A stretch of DNA of 64,000 nt from Microthrixaceae bacterium (GCA_023957995.1 JAMLGK010000012.1:16058-80057), one strand, 5' to 3'; positions 35,954-45,062 are shown, counted from the first letter of the stretch. Program-made: numbers and translations. The notes: generated from the sequence alone by a model not told the origin.

Positions 35954-36928
35954 GTGGGCGAGGAACCTTCCGAGAGATCCGACGTCGAGGGCCTTCACGC
36001 CTTGGACGACACGTTGGAGCCCACTGCTGCGCTCGACGCGCTGGTCAGGCGGGTGAGGCGCCCACGGCGCAACTACCTGCGTGACCCAACAGCAGGCGAG
36101 CCAACGACAGGCGAGCCACTGACAGGCGAGCCAATGACAGGCGACCCAACAGCAGGCGAGCGGGAGGTGGGGGAGCGGGAAGCGGGTCGCATGCCCGCTT
36201 GGCTCTCGGTCGCTGTGATGGTGGTGGCCCTCGCAGGCGGCTTCGGTGGATGGTGGTTCCTGGCTCGCCCGGCCCCGATCGAGTCGCGGATGCCGGTTGC
36301 CGGTTCTGGACCAGACAGCTCGGGATCGGACGGCTCGGGTTCGGACGGCTCGGGTTCGGACGGCTCGGGTTCGGACGGCTCCCTCTCCGACGGCTCCGTC
36401 TCCGATGGGGCGAACGACTCGGATCCGGGCGGGAGCACCGGCAGTGGGAACGCAGGAGGTGAGGGCACAGGCAGGGCCACCGTGACCGTGCATGTGGCAG
36501 GCGCCGTGTTCGAACCGGGGCTCGTCACACTGGACGATGGCACCCGCGTGGCCGATGCGGCTGTTGCTGCGGGGGGACTCACCGAGACCGCAGACCTGGA
36601 TCGCATCAATCTGGCTGCACAGGTGAGCGACGGAACCCGGATCTACATCCCGGTCAAGGGCCAGGACGTGCCCCCGCAGGTGGTCGCTGCCGGGTCTCCA
36701 GCGGGTGGTGCTGGCGGCGAGCCGACGGTGACCGAACCGTTGGACCTCAACTCGGCCGATGCGGCAGCGCTGGAGTCGCTCCCGGGGGTCGGCCCCACGA
36801 CCGCGGCGGCGATCGTGTCTCACCGGGACTCCGAAGGGCCGTTCCGGTCGGTAGACGCGCTCGTCGAGGTGCGGGGGATCGGAGAGGCGAAGCTCGAGGC
36901 GATCCGCGATCTCGTCTCTGTCGGCTGA
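35954..36928 (+). CDS. comEA: ComEA family DNA-binding competence protein
   Basis: TM helix WLSVAVMVVALAGGFGGWWFL. SLBB-like VHVAGAVFEPGLVTL..GTRVADAV..AGG. C-terminal tandem helix-hairpin-helix LNSADAAALESLPGVGPTTAAAIV...VRGIGEAKLE. The GTG start is uncertain. Confidence 0.85.
   Translation: MGEEPSERSDVEGLHALDDTLEPTAALDALVRRVRRPRRNYLRDPTAGEPTTGEPLTGEPMTGDPTAGEREVGEREAGRMPAWLSVAVMVVALAGGFGGWWFLARPAPIESRMPVAGSGPDSSGSDGSGSDGSGSDGSGSDGSLSDGSVSDGANDSDPGGSTGSGNAGGEGTGRATVTVHVAGAVFEPGLVTLDDGTRVADAAVAAGGLTETADLDRINLAAQVSDGTRIYIPVKGQDVPPQVVAAGSPAGGAGGEPTVTEPLDLNSADAAALESLPGVGPTTAAAIVSHRDSEGPFRSVDALVEVRGIGEAKLEAIRDLVSVG
36086..36160 (+). repeat. 15-bp in-frame tandem repeat x5 inside comEA (ccaacagcaggcgag consensus)
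   Basis: Encodes PTAGE-PTTGE-PLTGE-PMTGD-PTAGE; read directly. Confidence 0.9.
36317..36406 (+). repeat. 15-bp in-frame tandem repeat x6 inside comEA (ggctcgggttcggac consensus)
   Basis: Encodes SSGSDGSGSDGSGSDGSGSDGSLSDGSVSD. The three central units are identical. Confidence 0.9.
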
Positions 36929-36942
36929 TCTGGCGTCTGACC

Positions 36943-38727
36943 GTGCGGCCACGCAGTGAGGACGCACCGGTGCTCGTCGCCGCTGTGGTTGCTGTTGCCG
37001 CGTCGCTCGGGGCACAACGGACCCCGGGCTGGCTTCCGGTGCTGTTGTGCGTGGTGGGTGGCTTGGGGGTATCGGCGTCGTTCGCCGTCGACAGGGTCTC
37101 CGTGGTCCTCGGCGGCACCGGAGCACTCCCGGGTGGGAGCGGTTCGCCCGTTGGTCGAATCGTGCTGGCGGTCGGTGGCATATGTCTCGTCGCCGCGCTC
37201 GTGGGCATGCGGGCGAGACAGGACCTGGATGGGCTCGTGGTTCCGCTGCCCCAACGTCTTGCGGGTACCGCGGAACTGGGCAGCGATCCGGTGACCGGGC
37301 CGTTCGGAACGAGTGCTGAGGTCGTGCTGGACGGGCGCCGCTGGTACGCGATGGCCGACAGAACCTCCGAAGCGGTGTTGCTGGCGGCGCGTGCCGGGGA
37401 GCGCCTGGTGGTGCAGGGGAGGGTCTCGGAGATCGATGGTGCACCTCAGGGTTGGGTGCGTGCGCGGCACCTGGCCGGGAGGCTCAGCCTCTCGAGCGTG
37501 ACGCCCTTGGACCCGGGCCGCCCGTGGTTCGCGGCTGCCAACTGGGTCCACGAGTTGCTGGAGCGCGGAGCGGCGTCGATGGAGGGCCAACACCGCGCGC
37601 TCTATCTCGGGCTCGTCGTGGGCGACGACCGCCGTCAGGACGATCTGACCGAGTTCCGATTCAGGGCCTCCGGGCTGACCCATCTGTTGGCCGTGTCAGG
37701 TCAGAACCTCGCGTTCGTACTGGTGGCTCTCTCGCCTTTGTTGCGCCGTCTGCCTATACGGGCGCGCTGGATGCTGGGGGTTGTCGCGATCTCCTGGTTC
37801 GTGTTGATCACGCGGGCCGAGCCATCGGTGCTGCGTGCCGGGGTCATGGCAGTTCTCGCCCTCACCGCCGCTGCAACGGGGCGTCCGACCCCGGCGCTGC
37901 GGGTGGTGGCACTCACCGTGTGCCTGTTGCTGGTCGGTGATCCGATGCTCGTCCACTCGGTGGGATTTCGACTCTCGGTCGCCGCCACCAGTTCGCTCGT
38001 GATGTTCTCCAGCCCTCTCGCCCGGAGACTTCCCGGACCGGATGTGCTCACCCGACCCTTGGCGGTGACGTTGGCAGCACAGCTGGGCGCGGTTCCGGTG
38101 ATGGCAGCGACGTTCGGACCGGCCTCGGTGCTGACGATCGTGGCGAACCTGCTGGCTGAACCCGCGGCGGGACTGGTGATGACCCTGGGGATGACCACCG
38201 GGCTGCTCAGCGGTCTCGTTCGCGAGGAGGTGGCCTGGGTGCTGCAGTCGCCGGTCCGGTTGGCGGTGTGGTGGATCGACGTCGTTGCAGATCGGGTTTC
38301 AGCTCTTGGCGCGCCTCCGGTGGGGTTGCTCGGTTGGGGTGCTCTCACAGCCGGTGCGATCAGCTGCGTGTGGACCTTCAGGCGTAGCCGGGGCGCAGCA
38401 CCGGGCAGTGCAATCGTGCTTCTGGTGGCACCGATGCTGGTGTTGTTGCGCCCACCCTCCGCGGTCGGGCAACAGATCCGGATCGATCCCGGTGCGGTGC
38501 TGCGGTCAGATTGCGGATCCTGGGTGGTCGAGCTGGAGCCGGGGGATCCGCACCGCACGCTGACCGCTGCGCGCACCGCGGAGATCCTGGAACAACTCTG
38601 GATCCGGGGGGTCACCCGGGTCACCTCGGTCTCCGGTGCAGGCGCAGCTTCGCTGGCACCGCTGCTCCATGCAGCCGTGGCCACGGGTCCGGAACCGGCG
38701 GCCCGCGGTTCGCCGTGCGGTCGGTGA
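36943..38727 (+). CDS. comEC: ComEC/Rec2 DNA internalisation channel protein (no recognisable metallo-beta-lactamase active site)
   Basis: N-terminal OB/DUF4131-like region and the competence-domain core FRASGLTHLLAVSGQNLAF with many TM helices. The C-terminal ~120 aa lacks any HxHxDH motif. Confidence 0.85.
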   Translation: MRPRSEDAPVLVAAVVAVAASLGAQRTPGWLPVLLCVVGGLGVSASFAVDRVSVVLGGTGALPGGSGSPVGRIVLAVGGICLVAALVGMRARQDLDGLVVPLPQRLAGTAELGSDPVTGPFGTSAEVVLDGRRWYAMADRTSEAVLLAARAGERLVVQGRVSEIDGAPQGWVRARHLAGRLSLSSVTPLDPGRPWFAAANWVHELLERGAASMEGQHRALYLGLVVGDDRRQDDLTEFRFRASGLTHLLAVSGQNLAFVLVALSPLLRRLPIRARWMLGVVAISWFVLITRAEPSVLRAGVMAVLALTAAATGRPTPALRVVALTVCLLLVGDPMLVHSVGFRLSVAATSSLVMFSSPLARRLPGPDVLTRPLAVTLAAQLGAVPVMAATFGPASVLTIVANLLAEPAAGLVMTLGMTTGLLSGLVREEVAWVLQSPVRLAVWWIDVVADRVSALGAPPVGLLGWGALTAGAISCVWTFRRSRGAAPGSAIVLLVAPMLVLLRPPSAVGQQIRIDPGAVLRSDCGSWVVELEPGDPHRTLTAARTAEILEQLWIRGVTRVTSVSGAGAASLAPLLHAAVATGPEPAARGSPCGR

Positions 38728-38769
38728 TTCCCCAAGCGGGTCCGCCGATCGCGGAACAGCCCCGCGGAG

Positions 38770-39408
38770 ATGGACGACCATCTGGTGATGGGCCATGCTC
38801 GGGGGATGGGCCAAGCTCAGGGGATGCACCGAACCGACCAGCAGGCAGTGCCTGACGCGGCCCGGGTCGTGGTGCGCCTACCGGACGTCTGCCTAGCCGG
38901 CGAGGCCGAGCAGTACCGCTGCCGGGGCGCCGCGGCGGTTGAGACCTCAGAGACCCCCGGGGTGGGCATCGAAGGTGCCGGGGCAACAACACACGCCCGC
39001 ATGGCTGAACCACGGGGAGCCGCTCCGGATACGGCCGTTTCCGAGGAGCTCGTGGTGTCATTCGCGCAGTGCTCGGATGCTCCCCGCGGACGCCTCGAGG
39101 CCATGGTCGTTCGGGGACACATCGAGGGGGTGCGGAATCTGGTGGTGGCGGGGCTGCCGGAAGCTTCCGAGAGGAGCGCCCGGGTACGGGCTGAGATTGC
39201 GGAGTTGGTCCGTCTGCTGCGACGCAGCGCCGACCTCACCGTGCAGTTCGCGGTGGCGGGGAGGTCTCGGGTCGGGGGACCGTTCGGCGCTGCACCTCAG
39301 CTCGAGGGTCCGGGAGGATCCGGGGTCGAACCCGTGGCGAGCGTCGATCACGTGGCGAGCATCGATCACGTGGCGAGCATTGCCTCGTCGACAGGAGCGT
39401 CCGAGTGA
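38770..39408 (+). CDS. Hypothetical protein (uncertain gene)
   Basis: 212-codon ORF whose TGA overlaps the holA GTG (GTGA at 39405-39408). Third-position G+C bias is similar to neighbouring genes. The C-terminal half looks protein-like (EELVVSFAQC...IAELVRLLRR). I recognise no family motif, and the start is uncertain. Confidence 0.4.
   Translation: MDDHLVMGHARGMGQAQGMHRTDQQAVPDAARVVVRLPDVCLAGEAEQYRCRGAAAVETSETPGVGIEGAGATTHARMAEPRGAAPDTAVSEELVVSFAQCSDAPRGRLEAMVVRGHIEGVRNLVVAGLPEASERSARVRAEIAELVRLLRRSADLTVQFAVAGRSRVGGPFGAAPQLEGPGGSGVEPVASVDHVASIDHVASIASSTGASE
38787..38827 (+). repeat. 18-bp tandem repeat x2.3 (gatgggccatgctcgggg)
   Basis: Read directly at the 5' end of ORF 38770-39408; encodes MGHARG-MGQAQG-MH. 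Confidence 0.75.
39334..39387 (+). repeat. 18-bp tandem repeat x3 (gtggcgagcgtcgatcac)
   Basis: Read directly: units at 39334, 39352 and 39370 (the last diverging). It encodes VASVDH-VASIDH-VASIAS, immediately before the holA start. Confidence 0.85.
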
Positions 39409-40391
39409 AGGTCCACCTCCTGAAGGGTTCGGATCCCGTGTTGCTCGAGGACGCAGCCATGGAAGTGATCCGCGAGGTGCTGGGCGACCGGGATCGCTCC
39501 GAGGTCCTCGAGGAGTTCCGTGGCGAGGACTACGAGATCGGTGAGGTGGTCCTGGCGGCATCGACGATCTCGATGTTCGACGAACGGGTCGTGGTCGCGC
39601 GGAACATGGGTCGCTTCGCATCCGCGGAGTTGGCACCGGTGCTCGAGCTGTTGGCCGACCCACCAGCGGAGGTTGCGGTCGTCTTCGTATGGGACCGACC
39701 CACCACCGCCGGTGCGCGCGCCAACCCGGTGCCCAAGAAGCTCTCCGATGCGATCAAGTCCGCCGGTGGAACGGTGGTCGACACCTCGGCGCCCTCGGGC
39801 AAGGGCCGCGACGGTTGGTACCGCGACCAGTTCGCCGGAGCGGATGTGGAACTGGATGCGCGTGCCAAGGCCCTGGTGCGCGAGACCCTCGGCGACGACG
39901 TGGGTCGGCTACCTGCCCTGTTGAACCTGCTGGGGGCTGCCAACCCGTCGGGATCCACACTCGGCGTGGATGACGTGTTGCCACACCTGGGCGAGAGCGG
40001 TGGGGTTCCACCGTGGGACCTGACCGATGCCATCGACAGCGCGAACGCGACCAAGGCAGTGGGTCTGGTCAGGAGAATGACCGGTGGGGGTGGTCGTCAC
40101 CCGTTGCAGGTGATGGTCACACTCCAGAACCATTTCGAGCGGATGCTGCGTCTCGACGGCGCCGGGGTTCGCTCGGACAAGGACGCGGCGGCCCTGCTGG
40201 GAATGAAGGGCTCCACCTATCCGGCGAAGAAGGCGCTGCAACAGGGCTCGAAGTTGGGCACCGAACGGCTCAACCGTGCCACGCAGTTGCTTGCGACGGC
40301 CGACGTGGAGCTGCGCGGCTCCACCGGGACACCGGCAGAGGCGGTGCTGGAACTACTGGTAGCTCGACTGGCGAGGCTCAGCCGGCGTTGA
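39405..40391 (+). CDS. holA: DNA polymerase III subunit delta
   Basis: 328 aa. N-terminal VHLLKGSDPVLLEDA and overall delta-subunit pattern. Its position between comEC and rpsT is the conserved actinobacterial holA locus. Confidence 0.82.
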   Translation: MKVHLLKGSDPVLLEDAAMEVIREVLGDRDRSEVLEEFRGEDYEIGEVVLAASTISMFDERVVVARNMGRFASAELAPVLELLADPPAEVAVVFVWDRPTTAGARANPVPKKLSDAIKSAGGTVVDTSAPSGKGRDGWYRDQFAGADVELDARAKALVRETLGDDVGRLPALLNLLGAANPSGSTLGVDDVLPHLGESGGVPPWDLTDAIDSANATKAVGLVRRMTGGGGRHPLQVMVTLQNHFERMLRLDGAGVRSDKDAAALLGMKGSTYPAKKALQQGSKLGTERLNRATQLLATADVELRGSTGTPAEAVLELLVARLARLSRR

Positions 40392-40629
40392 GGCGCCGCA
40401 TGAGGCGTGACTTCTGACGTGCGGCCGCATTGCGGTGCAGCACGCCCTTCTGTGCAGCCTTGTCGATGCGACGAACGGCGACAGCCACAGCGGTAGCAGC
40501 CTGTTCGGTTCCGAACGCCTCTTCAGCGGCCTTGACCGACGTACGCAGCTCGCTGCGGACGGCCCGGTTGCGGGCGCGTTCCTTCTCGTTCTGGCGGTTG
40601 CGCTTGATCTGGCTCTTGATATTGGCCAT
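40378..40629 (-). CDS. rpsT: 30S ribosomal protein S20
   Basis: MANIKSQIKRNRQNEKERARNRAVRSELRT... is the canonical S20 N-terminus; 83 aa. Confidence 0.93.
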   Translation of the reverse strand: MANIKSQIKRNRQNEKERARNRAVRSELRTSVKAAEEAFGTEQAATAVAVAVRRIDKAAQKGVLHRNAAARQKSRLMRRLNAG

Positions 40630-40849
40630 GGGCCGTGAATTCCTCGTGGGGGTCTGCTACGAACGGACCGCGAAGCGTAGCCAATGCCCGGCCCCTTTGG
40701 CCAGACGGCGGACTCGCGGGCGCCGCTGGAGCAGTGGCTGCCGGTGAGGTATCCGCCGGATGCCCCCGCTGGTGTTCCGTCGCGCCACACTTGGGAGCGA
40801 CCCGCCCGGTGTCGGCCCGAACAACCCGTCGAATGAGCCCACGAATACC

Positions 40850-42637
40850 GTGACCGATCTCTCCCACATCCGAAACCTGTCGATCATCGCCCACATCGAC
40901 CACGGCAAGTCCACACTCGCGGACAGGCTGCTGGAGATCTGTGGGGCGGTGGACGCCCGCGACATGCGTGAGCAGTACCTCGACACCATGGACCTCGAGC
41001 GCGAGCGAGGCATCACGATCAAGCTGCAGTCGGTGCGGCTCGGCTGGGACGACCACGTGATCAACCTCATCGACACACCGGGTCACGTCGACTTCGGCTA
41101 CGAGGTGAGCCGCAGCCTGGCTGCCTGTGAGGGCGTGATCCTGGTGGTGGACGCCTCCCAGGGGATCGAGGCGCAGACCCTGGCCAACTGCTATCTGGCG
41201 CTCGAGAGTGACCTCGAGATCGTGGCGGTGCTCAACAAGATCGACCTGCCCGCGGCTGATCCCGATACCTATGCAGCCGAGATCGAGTCGGTGCTGGGGA
41301 TTCCCGCCGATGACATCCTGCGCATCTCGGCCAAGACGGGCGAGGGGGTGGCCGATGTGCTCGATGCCGTGGTGGAGCGCATACCGCCGCCGGTCGGTGA
41401 CGCCGATGCCGCCACCCAGGCTCTCATCTTCGACTCGCACTTCGATCAGTACCGCGGGGTGGTCAGCTCCATCCGGGTCTTCAACGGCCACCTGCGCACG
41501 GGGGCCAAGCTGCGCTTCATGCAGGCGGGTGCGACCCACGAAGCGATCGAGGTCGGATCCAGGACCCCCGACAACAGTCCGGTGCCCGAACTGGGACCCG
41601 GCGAGGTCGGCTACCTCATCGCGGGGATCAAGGACGTCGGCGAGGCACGCTCGGGTGAGACCGTGACCGAGGCGTCCAACCCTGCCGAGGAACCGCTGGA
41701 CGGCTACCGGGAGCCCAAACCCATGGTCTTCTGCGGGCTCTACCCGGTGGAGGGCGACGATTTCGAGGACCTCCGCGACTCGCTGCTGAAGATGCGCCTC
41801 AACGACAGCTCGTTCAGCTACGAACCGGAGACCTCCGGTGCGCTGGGGTTCGGTTTCCGTTGCGGCTTCCTCGGTCTGTTGCACATGGAGATCATCCGTG
41901 AACGACTCGAGCGCGAGTTCGACCTCTCGCTGATCGCCACGGCTCCATCGGTGGAGTACGAGGTGACCACCACCGCAGGAGTCGACCTGCGGGTCGACAA
42001 CCCCGCCGACCTTCCCGACCCGGCTTCGGTGGAGGAGATCCGCGAGCCGATGCTGGCATGTTCGATCATCACCCCCAGCGACTACGTGGGCACCCTGATG
42101 GAGCTGTGCCAGGGCCGACGCGGTGAGTTGACCCGGATGGAGTACCTGTCTCCCGAACGCGTCGACCTCCACTACCGGCTTCCCCTCGCGGAGGTGGTGA
42201 TCGACTTCTTCGACCAGATGAAGAGCCGCACCCAGGGCTACGCCAGCCTCGACTACGAACAGGTCGGCTATGTGGCGGGCGACCTCGTGAAGGTCGAGAT
42301 CCTCCTGCAGGGAGAGGCCGTGGACGCGTTCTGCACCATCGTGCACCGCGAACACGCGGAGGAGTACGGCAAGAAGATGTGCGAGAAGCTGCGCGAGATC
42401 ATTCCCCGCCAACAGTTCGACGTGCCGATCCAGGCCGCGATCGGCAGCAAGATCATCAGTCGACAGACGGTCAAGGCGTTCCGCAAGGACGTGACCGCAA
42501 AGCTCTACGGCGGCGACATCACCCGTAAGAAGAAGTTGCTCGAGAAGCAGAAGCAGGGCAAGAAGCGCATGAAGAGTCTCGGCTCGGTGGAGATCCCCTC
42601 CGACGCCTTCATCCGTGCGCTTCGCCTGGAGGACTGA
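40850..42637 (+). CDS. lepA: Translation elongation factor 4 (LepA)
   Basis: [23 protein letters not shown]1 motif, DTPGH, NKID, and the LepA-specific C-terminal domain. I chose the GTG at 40850 to match the usual short N-terminus; the track ATG at 40760 is possible. Confidence 0.95.
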   Translation: MTDLSHIRNLSIIAHIDHGKSTLADRLLEICGAVDARDMREQYLDTMDLERERGITIKLQSVRLGWDDHVINLIDTPGHVDFGYEVSRSLAACEGVILVVDASQGIEAQTLANCYLALESDLEIVAVLNKIDLPAADPDTYAAEIESVLGIPADDILRISAKTGEGVADVLDAVVERIPPPVGDADAATQALIFDSHFDQYRGVVSSIRVFNGHLRTGAKLRFMQAGATHEAIEVGSRTPDNSPVPELGPGEVGYLIAGIKDVGEARSGETVTEASNPAEEPLDGYREPKPMVFCGLYPVEGDDFEDLRDSLLKMRLNDSSFSYEPETSGALGFGFRCGFLGLLHMEIIRERLEREFDLSLIATAPSVEYEVTTTAGVDLRVDNPADLPDPASVEEIREPMLACSIITPSDYVGTLMELCQGRRGELTRMEYLSPERVDLHYRLPLAEVVIDFFDQMKSRTQGYASLDYEQVGYVAGDLVKVEILLQGEAVDAFCTIVHREHAEEYGKKMCEKLREIIPRQQFDVPIQAAIGSKIISRQTVKAFRKDVTAKLYGGDITRKKKLLEKQKQGKKRMKSLGSVEIPSDAFIRALRLED

Positions 42638-42672
42638 GCTGTCCGGGGACTTGGCCGCGTACCCGCCGCGGC

Positions 42673-42699
42673 TTGGCACTCGCGTACACTGAGTGCCAG
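42673..42699. promoter_or_regulatory. CIRCE operator (HrcA binding site)
   Basis: TTGGCACTC-N9-GAGTGCCAG versus the consensus TTAGCACTC-N9-GAGTGCTAA. The arms are 8/9 self-complementary. It lies 40 bp upstream of the hrcA ATG. Confidence 0.75.
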
Positions 42700-42738
42700 T
42701 TGGCGGGTGATCGCCGTCGACGGACGATCGAGGAAGCA

Positions 42739-43791
42739 ATGGGTCTCGGAGACGCAGAAGCAGGTGACACAGGTCTGGACGCCCGCAAGTCTGCGATCCT
42801 GCGCGCCGTCGTGCAGCAGTACATAGAGACCGCGCAGCCCGTCGGTTCGAACGCGATCGCCAAGCGTGAGGATGTCACGGTCTCCTCGGCGACGGTCCGC
42901 AACGAGATGCACGACCTCGAGGACGAGGGGTACCTCGTCCAGCCCCACACCAGCGCCGGCCGCGTGCCCACCGAGAAGGGCTACCGGTTCTTCGTCGACG
43001 GCATGGGTGTGGACGCAATGGACGCCGACGGTTCGCTCAACCCGGGTGCGGTGGCGAAGGTGTCGGGGTTCTTCGCCGCAGCACATGGCGAACTCGAGCA
43101 GCTCCTCGGCGAGACCAGCCACCTGCTCAGCTCGCTGACCGACTCCGCTGCGGTGGTTACCGGCACCCAGACCGAGGCCGCGACCATTCGTTCGGTGCAG
43201 CTCGTCGACCTCAACGCAACGGTTGTGATGGTGGTCGCGGTGACCTCCACGGGTGCTGTCCTGAAGCGGACGATGGACCTTCCGGGGTCCAGCACCGAAG
43301 CTGGCGAGCTGGAAGATGCCCAGTCGCTGTTGATGCGCGAGCTCACGGGTAGCTCCATATCGAAGCTCGGGAAGACCTCCTTCCCCGAAGGGGCGCGGGG
43401 GAGTCGACTCGCAACCCGCGCGGTGTCAGCCCTGGCCGAGGGCGTGGCTGCCGACAGCGACCTTCTGTACGTGGACGGAACCAGCAGGATCGCGGGCGTG
43501 TTCGATGCGCGCGAGACACTGGAATCGGTCCTGACGGTGCTCGAGAAGCAGTTCGTGGTGGTGGGTCTGCTGCGGGAGATGATCGATGGTGGCATCACGG
43601 TGGCAATAGGTTCCGAGACCGGAATGGCTCCACTGTCGGAGTGTTCCCTGGTGGTGGCCCCGTACGAGGCGGAGTCAGGTCCCGCCGGAGCCATCGCGGT
43701 CCTCGGTCCCACGCGCATGGACTACACCCGCACCATGTCTGCGGTGGCAGCGGTCTCCGAGCGCCTGAGCCGTCTGCTCAAAGAAGGCTGA
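42739..43791 (+). CDS. hrcA: Heat-inducible transcription repressor HrcA
   Basis: RKSAILRAVVQQYIETAQPVGSNAIA...SSATVRNEMHDLEDEGYL is the HrcA winged-helix signature. I chose the ATG at 42739 so that the CIRCE site is upstream. Confidence 0.92.
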   Translation: MGLGDAEAGDTGLDARKSAILRAVVQQYIETAQPVGSNAIAKREDVTVSSATVRNEMHDLEDEGYLVQPHTSAGRVPTEKGYRFFVDGMGVDAMDADGSLNPGAVAKVSGFFAAAHGELEQLLGETSHLLSSLTDSAAVVTGTQTEAATIRSVQLVDLNATVVMVVAVTSTGAVLKRTMDLPGSSTEAGELEDAQSLLMRELTGSSISKLGKTSFPEGARGSRLATRAVSALAEGVAADSDLLYVDGTSRIAGVFDARETLESVLTVLEKQFVVVGLLREMIDGGITVAIGSETGMAPLSECSLVVAPYEAESGPAGAIAVLGPTRMDYTRTMSAVAAVSERLSRLLKEG

Positions 43792-43871
43792 GCACCATCT
43801 GATGATCGAGCTCGCGAGAATTGGACATCCGATGAGTAACGACCCCCTGACAACAGAGAGGACCGTTGGCC

Positions 43872-44987
43872 GTGGCTGACTTCTACGAGATCCTGGGCGT
43901 GAACCGGGACGCCTCGGCCGAGGAGATCAAGAAGGCCTACCGGCGAGCGGCCCGGGACTCACACCCCGACGCCAACCTCGGTGATGCAGAGGCAGAGACG
44001 CGCTTCAAGGAACTGGCGGCTGCCTACGAGGTGCTGTCCGATCCCGAGAAGCGGGCTCGCTATGACCGCTTCGGCAGTGCCGATGGCTTCGACATGGGCG
44101 ACCCGTTCGGTTCCGGTGAGGGTTTCGGTGACCTCTTCGACGCCTTCTTCGGTGGTGGCTCCCCGTTCGGCGGCGCCCGCTCCCGCGGTCCGCGCGCACC
44201 CAGTCGCGGTCCCGACCTGGAGGTGACCGCGTCGATCGAGTTCATCGACGCGCTCTTCGGGGTCGAGACCGAGGTGCAGGTGCGCACCGCTGTGTCCTGT
44301 GAGGTGTGTGAGGCGACCGGCGCAGCACCCGGAACGTCTGCCACGACCTGTGCTGAGTGTGGCGGTGCCGGCGAGGTGCGGGCGGTGAGGAACACCGTGT
44401 TGGGCCAGATCGTCTCGGCGTCTCCGTGCCGGACCTGCGAGGGTTCGGGCCAGGTGATACCCACGCCGTGCGAGTCCTGCAACGGCGAGGGCCGCATCGT
44501 GACCGACCGCAGCTACACCGTGGAGGTACCCGCGGGCGTCGATGACGGATCGACGCTCAGGCTGACCGGCCGCGGAGCGGTCGGGCCTCGTGGCGCGGGC
44601 GCCGGGGATCTCTATGTGCGCCTGCGGGTGCAGCCAGATGTCCGCTTCGAACGGGAGGGCGACAACCTGGTGCACCGCCTGAGGCTGCCCCTCACCCAGG
44701 CCGTTCTGGGTTCGGAGCTCCCGATCGAGACACCCGAGGGAGTGGTGCCGCTGGAGGTTCCGCGCGGCACCCAACCGGGCCGGGTGTTCAAGTTGAAGGG
44801 CCATGGGGTGCCGCACCTCAACGGTCGTGGCCGCGGCGACCTTCTCGTGGTGGCCGACGTCGAGGTACCCACATCGCTCGACGAGGATTCCGAACGTCTC
44901 CTGCGAGAACTCGCCGAGCATCGTGGCGAAGAGGTGGCTGCCCCCTCGGAGGGGTTCGTCTCGCGCATCCGTTCAGCGTTCTCCTGA
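43872..44987 (+). CDS. dnaJ: Molecular chaperone DnaJ
   Basis: J domain DFYEILGV...[13 protein letters not shown], a G/F region, and four CxxCxGxG zinc motifs ([32 protein letters not shown]). The GTG at 43872 lies 9 nt after GAGAGGA; an in-frame TTG at 43866 is the alternative. Confidence 0.93.
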   Translation: MADFYEILGVNRDASAEEIKKAYRRAARDSHPDANLGDAEAETRFKELAAAYEVLSDPEKRARYDRFGSADGFDMGDPFGSGEGFGDLFDAFFGGGSPFGGARSRGPRAPSRGPDLEVTASIEFIDALFGVETEVQVRTAVSCEVCEATGAAPGTSATTCAECGGAGEVRAVRNTVLGQIVSASPCRTCEGSGQVIPTPCESCNGEGRIVTDRSYTVEVPAGVDDGSTLRLTGRGAVGPRGAGAGDLYVRLRVQPDVRFEREGDNLVHRLRLPLTQAVLGSELPIETPEGVVPLEVPRGTQPGRVFKLKGHGVPHLNGRGRGDLLVVADVEVPTSLDEDSERLLRELAEHRGEEVAAPSEGFVSRIRSAFS

Positions 44988-44988
44988 C

Positions 44989-45022
44989 ACCGGCCACCCG
45001 TTTACCGGCCACCCACCCGTTC
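44989..45022. repeat. Imperfect tandem repeat x2 (accggccacccgttt / accggccacccacccgttc)
   Basis: Read directly in the dnaJ-rsmE spacer. Confidence 0.6.
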
Positions 45023-45062
45023 ACCAGCAACCCCTTGACCAGCACCACACGTCGGGACCGTC

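Noticed and set aside
34895-37444. 849-aa minus-strand ORF, the longest in the track
   Set aside because: It runs antisense to three well-supported plus-strand genes (thioredoxin-like, comEA, comEC). Its translation is Arg/Pro/Gly/Ala-rich with no motifs. It is a typical stop-free shadow frame in high-GC DNA.
39318-39345. tRNA-like T-arm (GGGTTCGACCCC on the reverse strand)
   Set aside because: The flanks do not form a 5-bp T-stem or an acceptor or anticodon arm, and it lies inside an ORF and repeat region.
38770-39408. Missing metallo-beta-lactamase domain of ComEC, separated by a frameshift
   Set aside because: The ORF translation also lacks HxHxDH or other MBL metal-ligand motifs, and a 42-nt gap with an in-frame stop separates it from comEC.
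40523-42739. 738-aa minus-strand ORF opposite lepA. The same applies to 29127-31241 opposite leuS, 58228-60483 opposite era/uppS/recO, 61984-63756 opposite glyQS/dnaG, 19964-21841 opposite sirA and 10748-12256 opposite the sulfatase
   Set aside because: All mirror genes with unambiguous family motifs on the other strand, and all have shadow-frame composition (His/Arg/Gly/Asp/Val-rich, no motifs).
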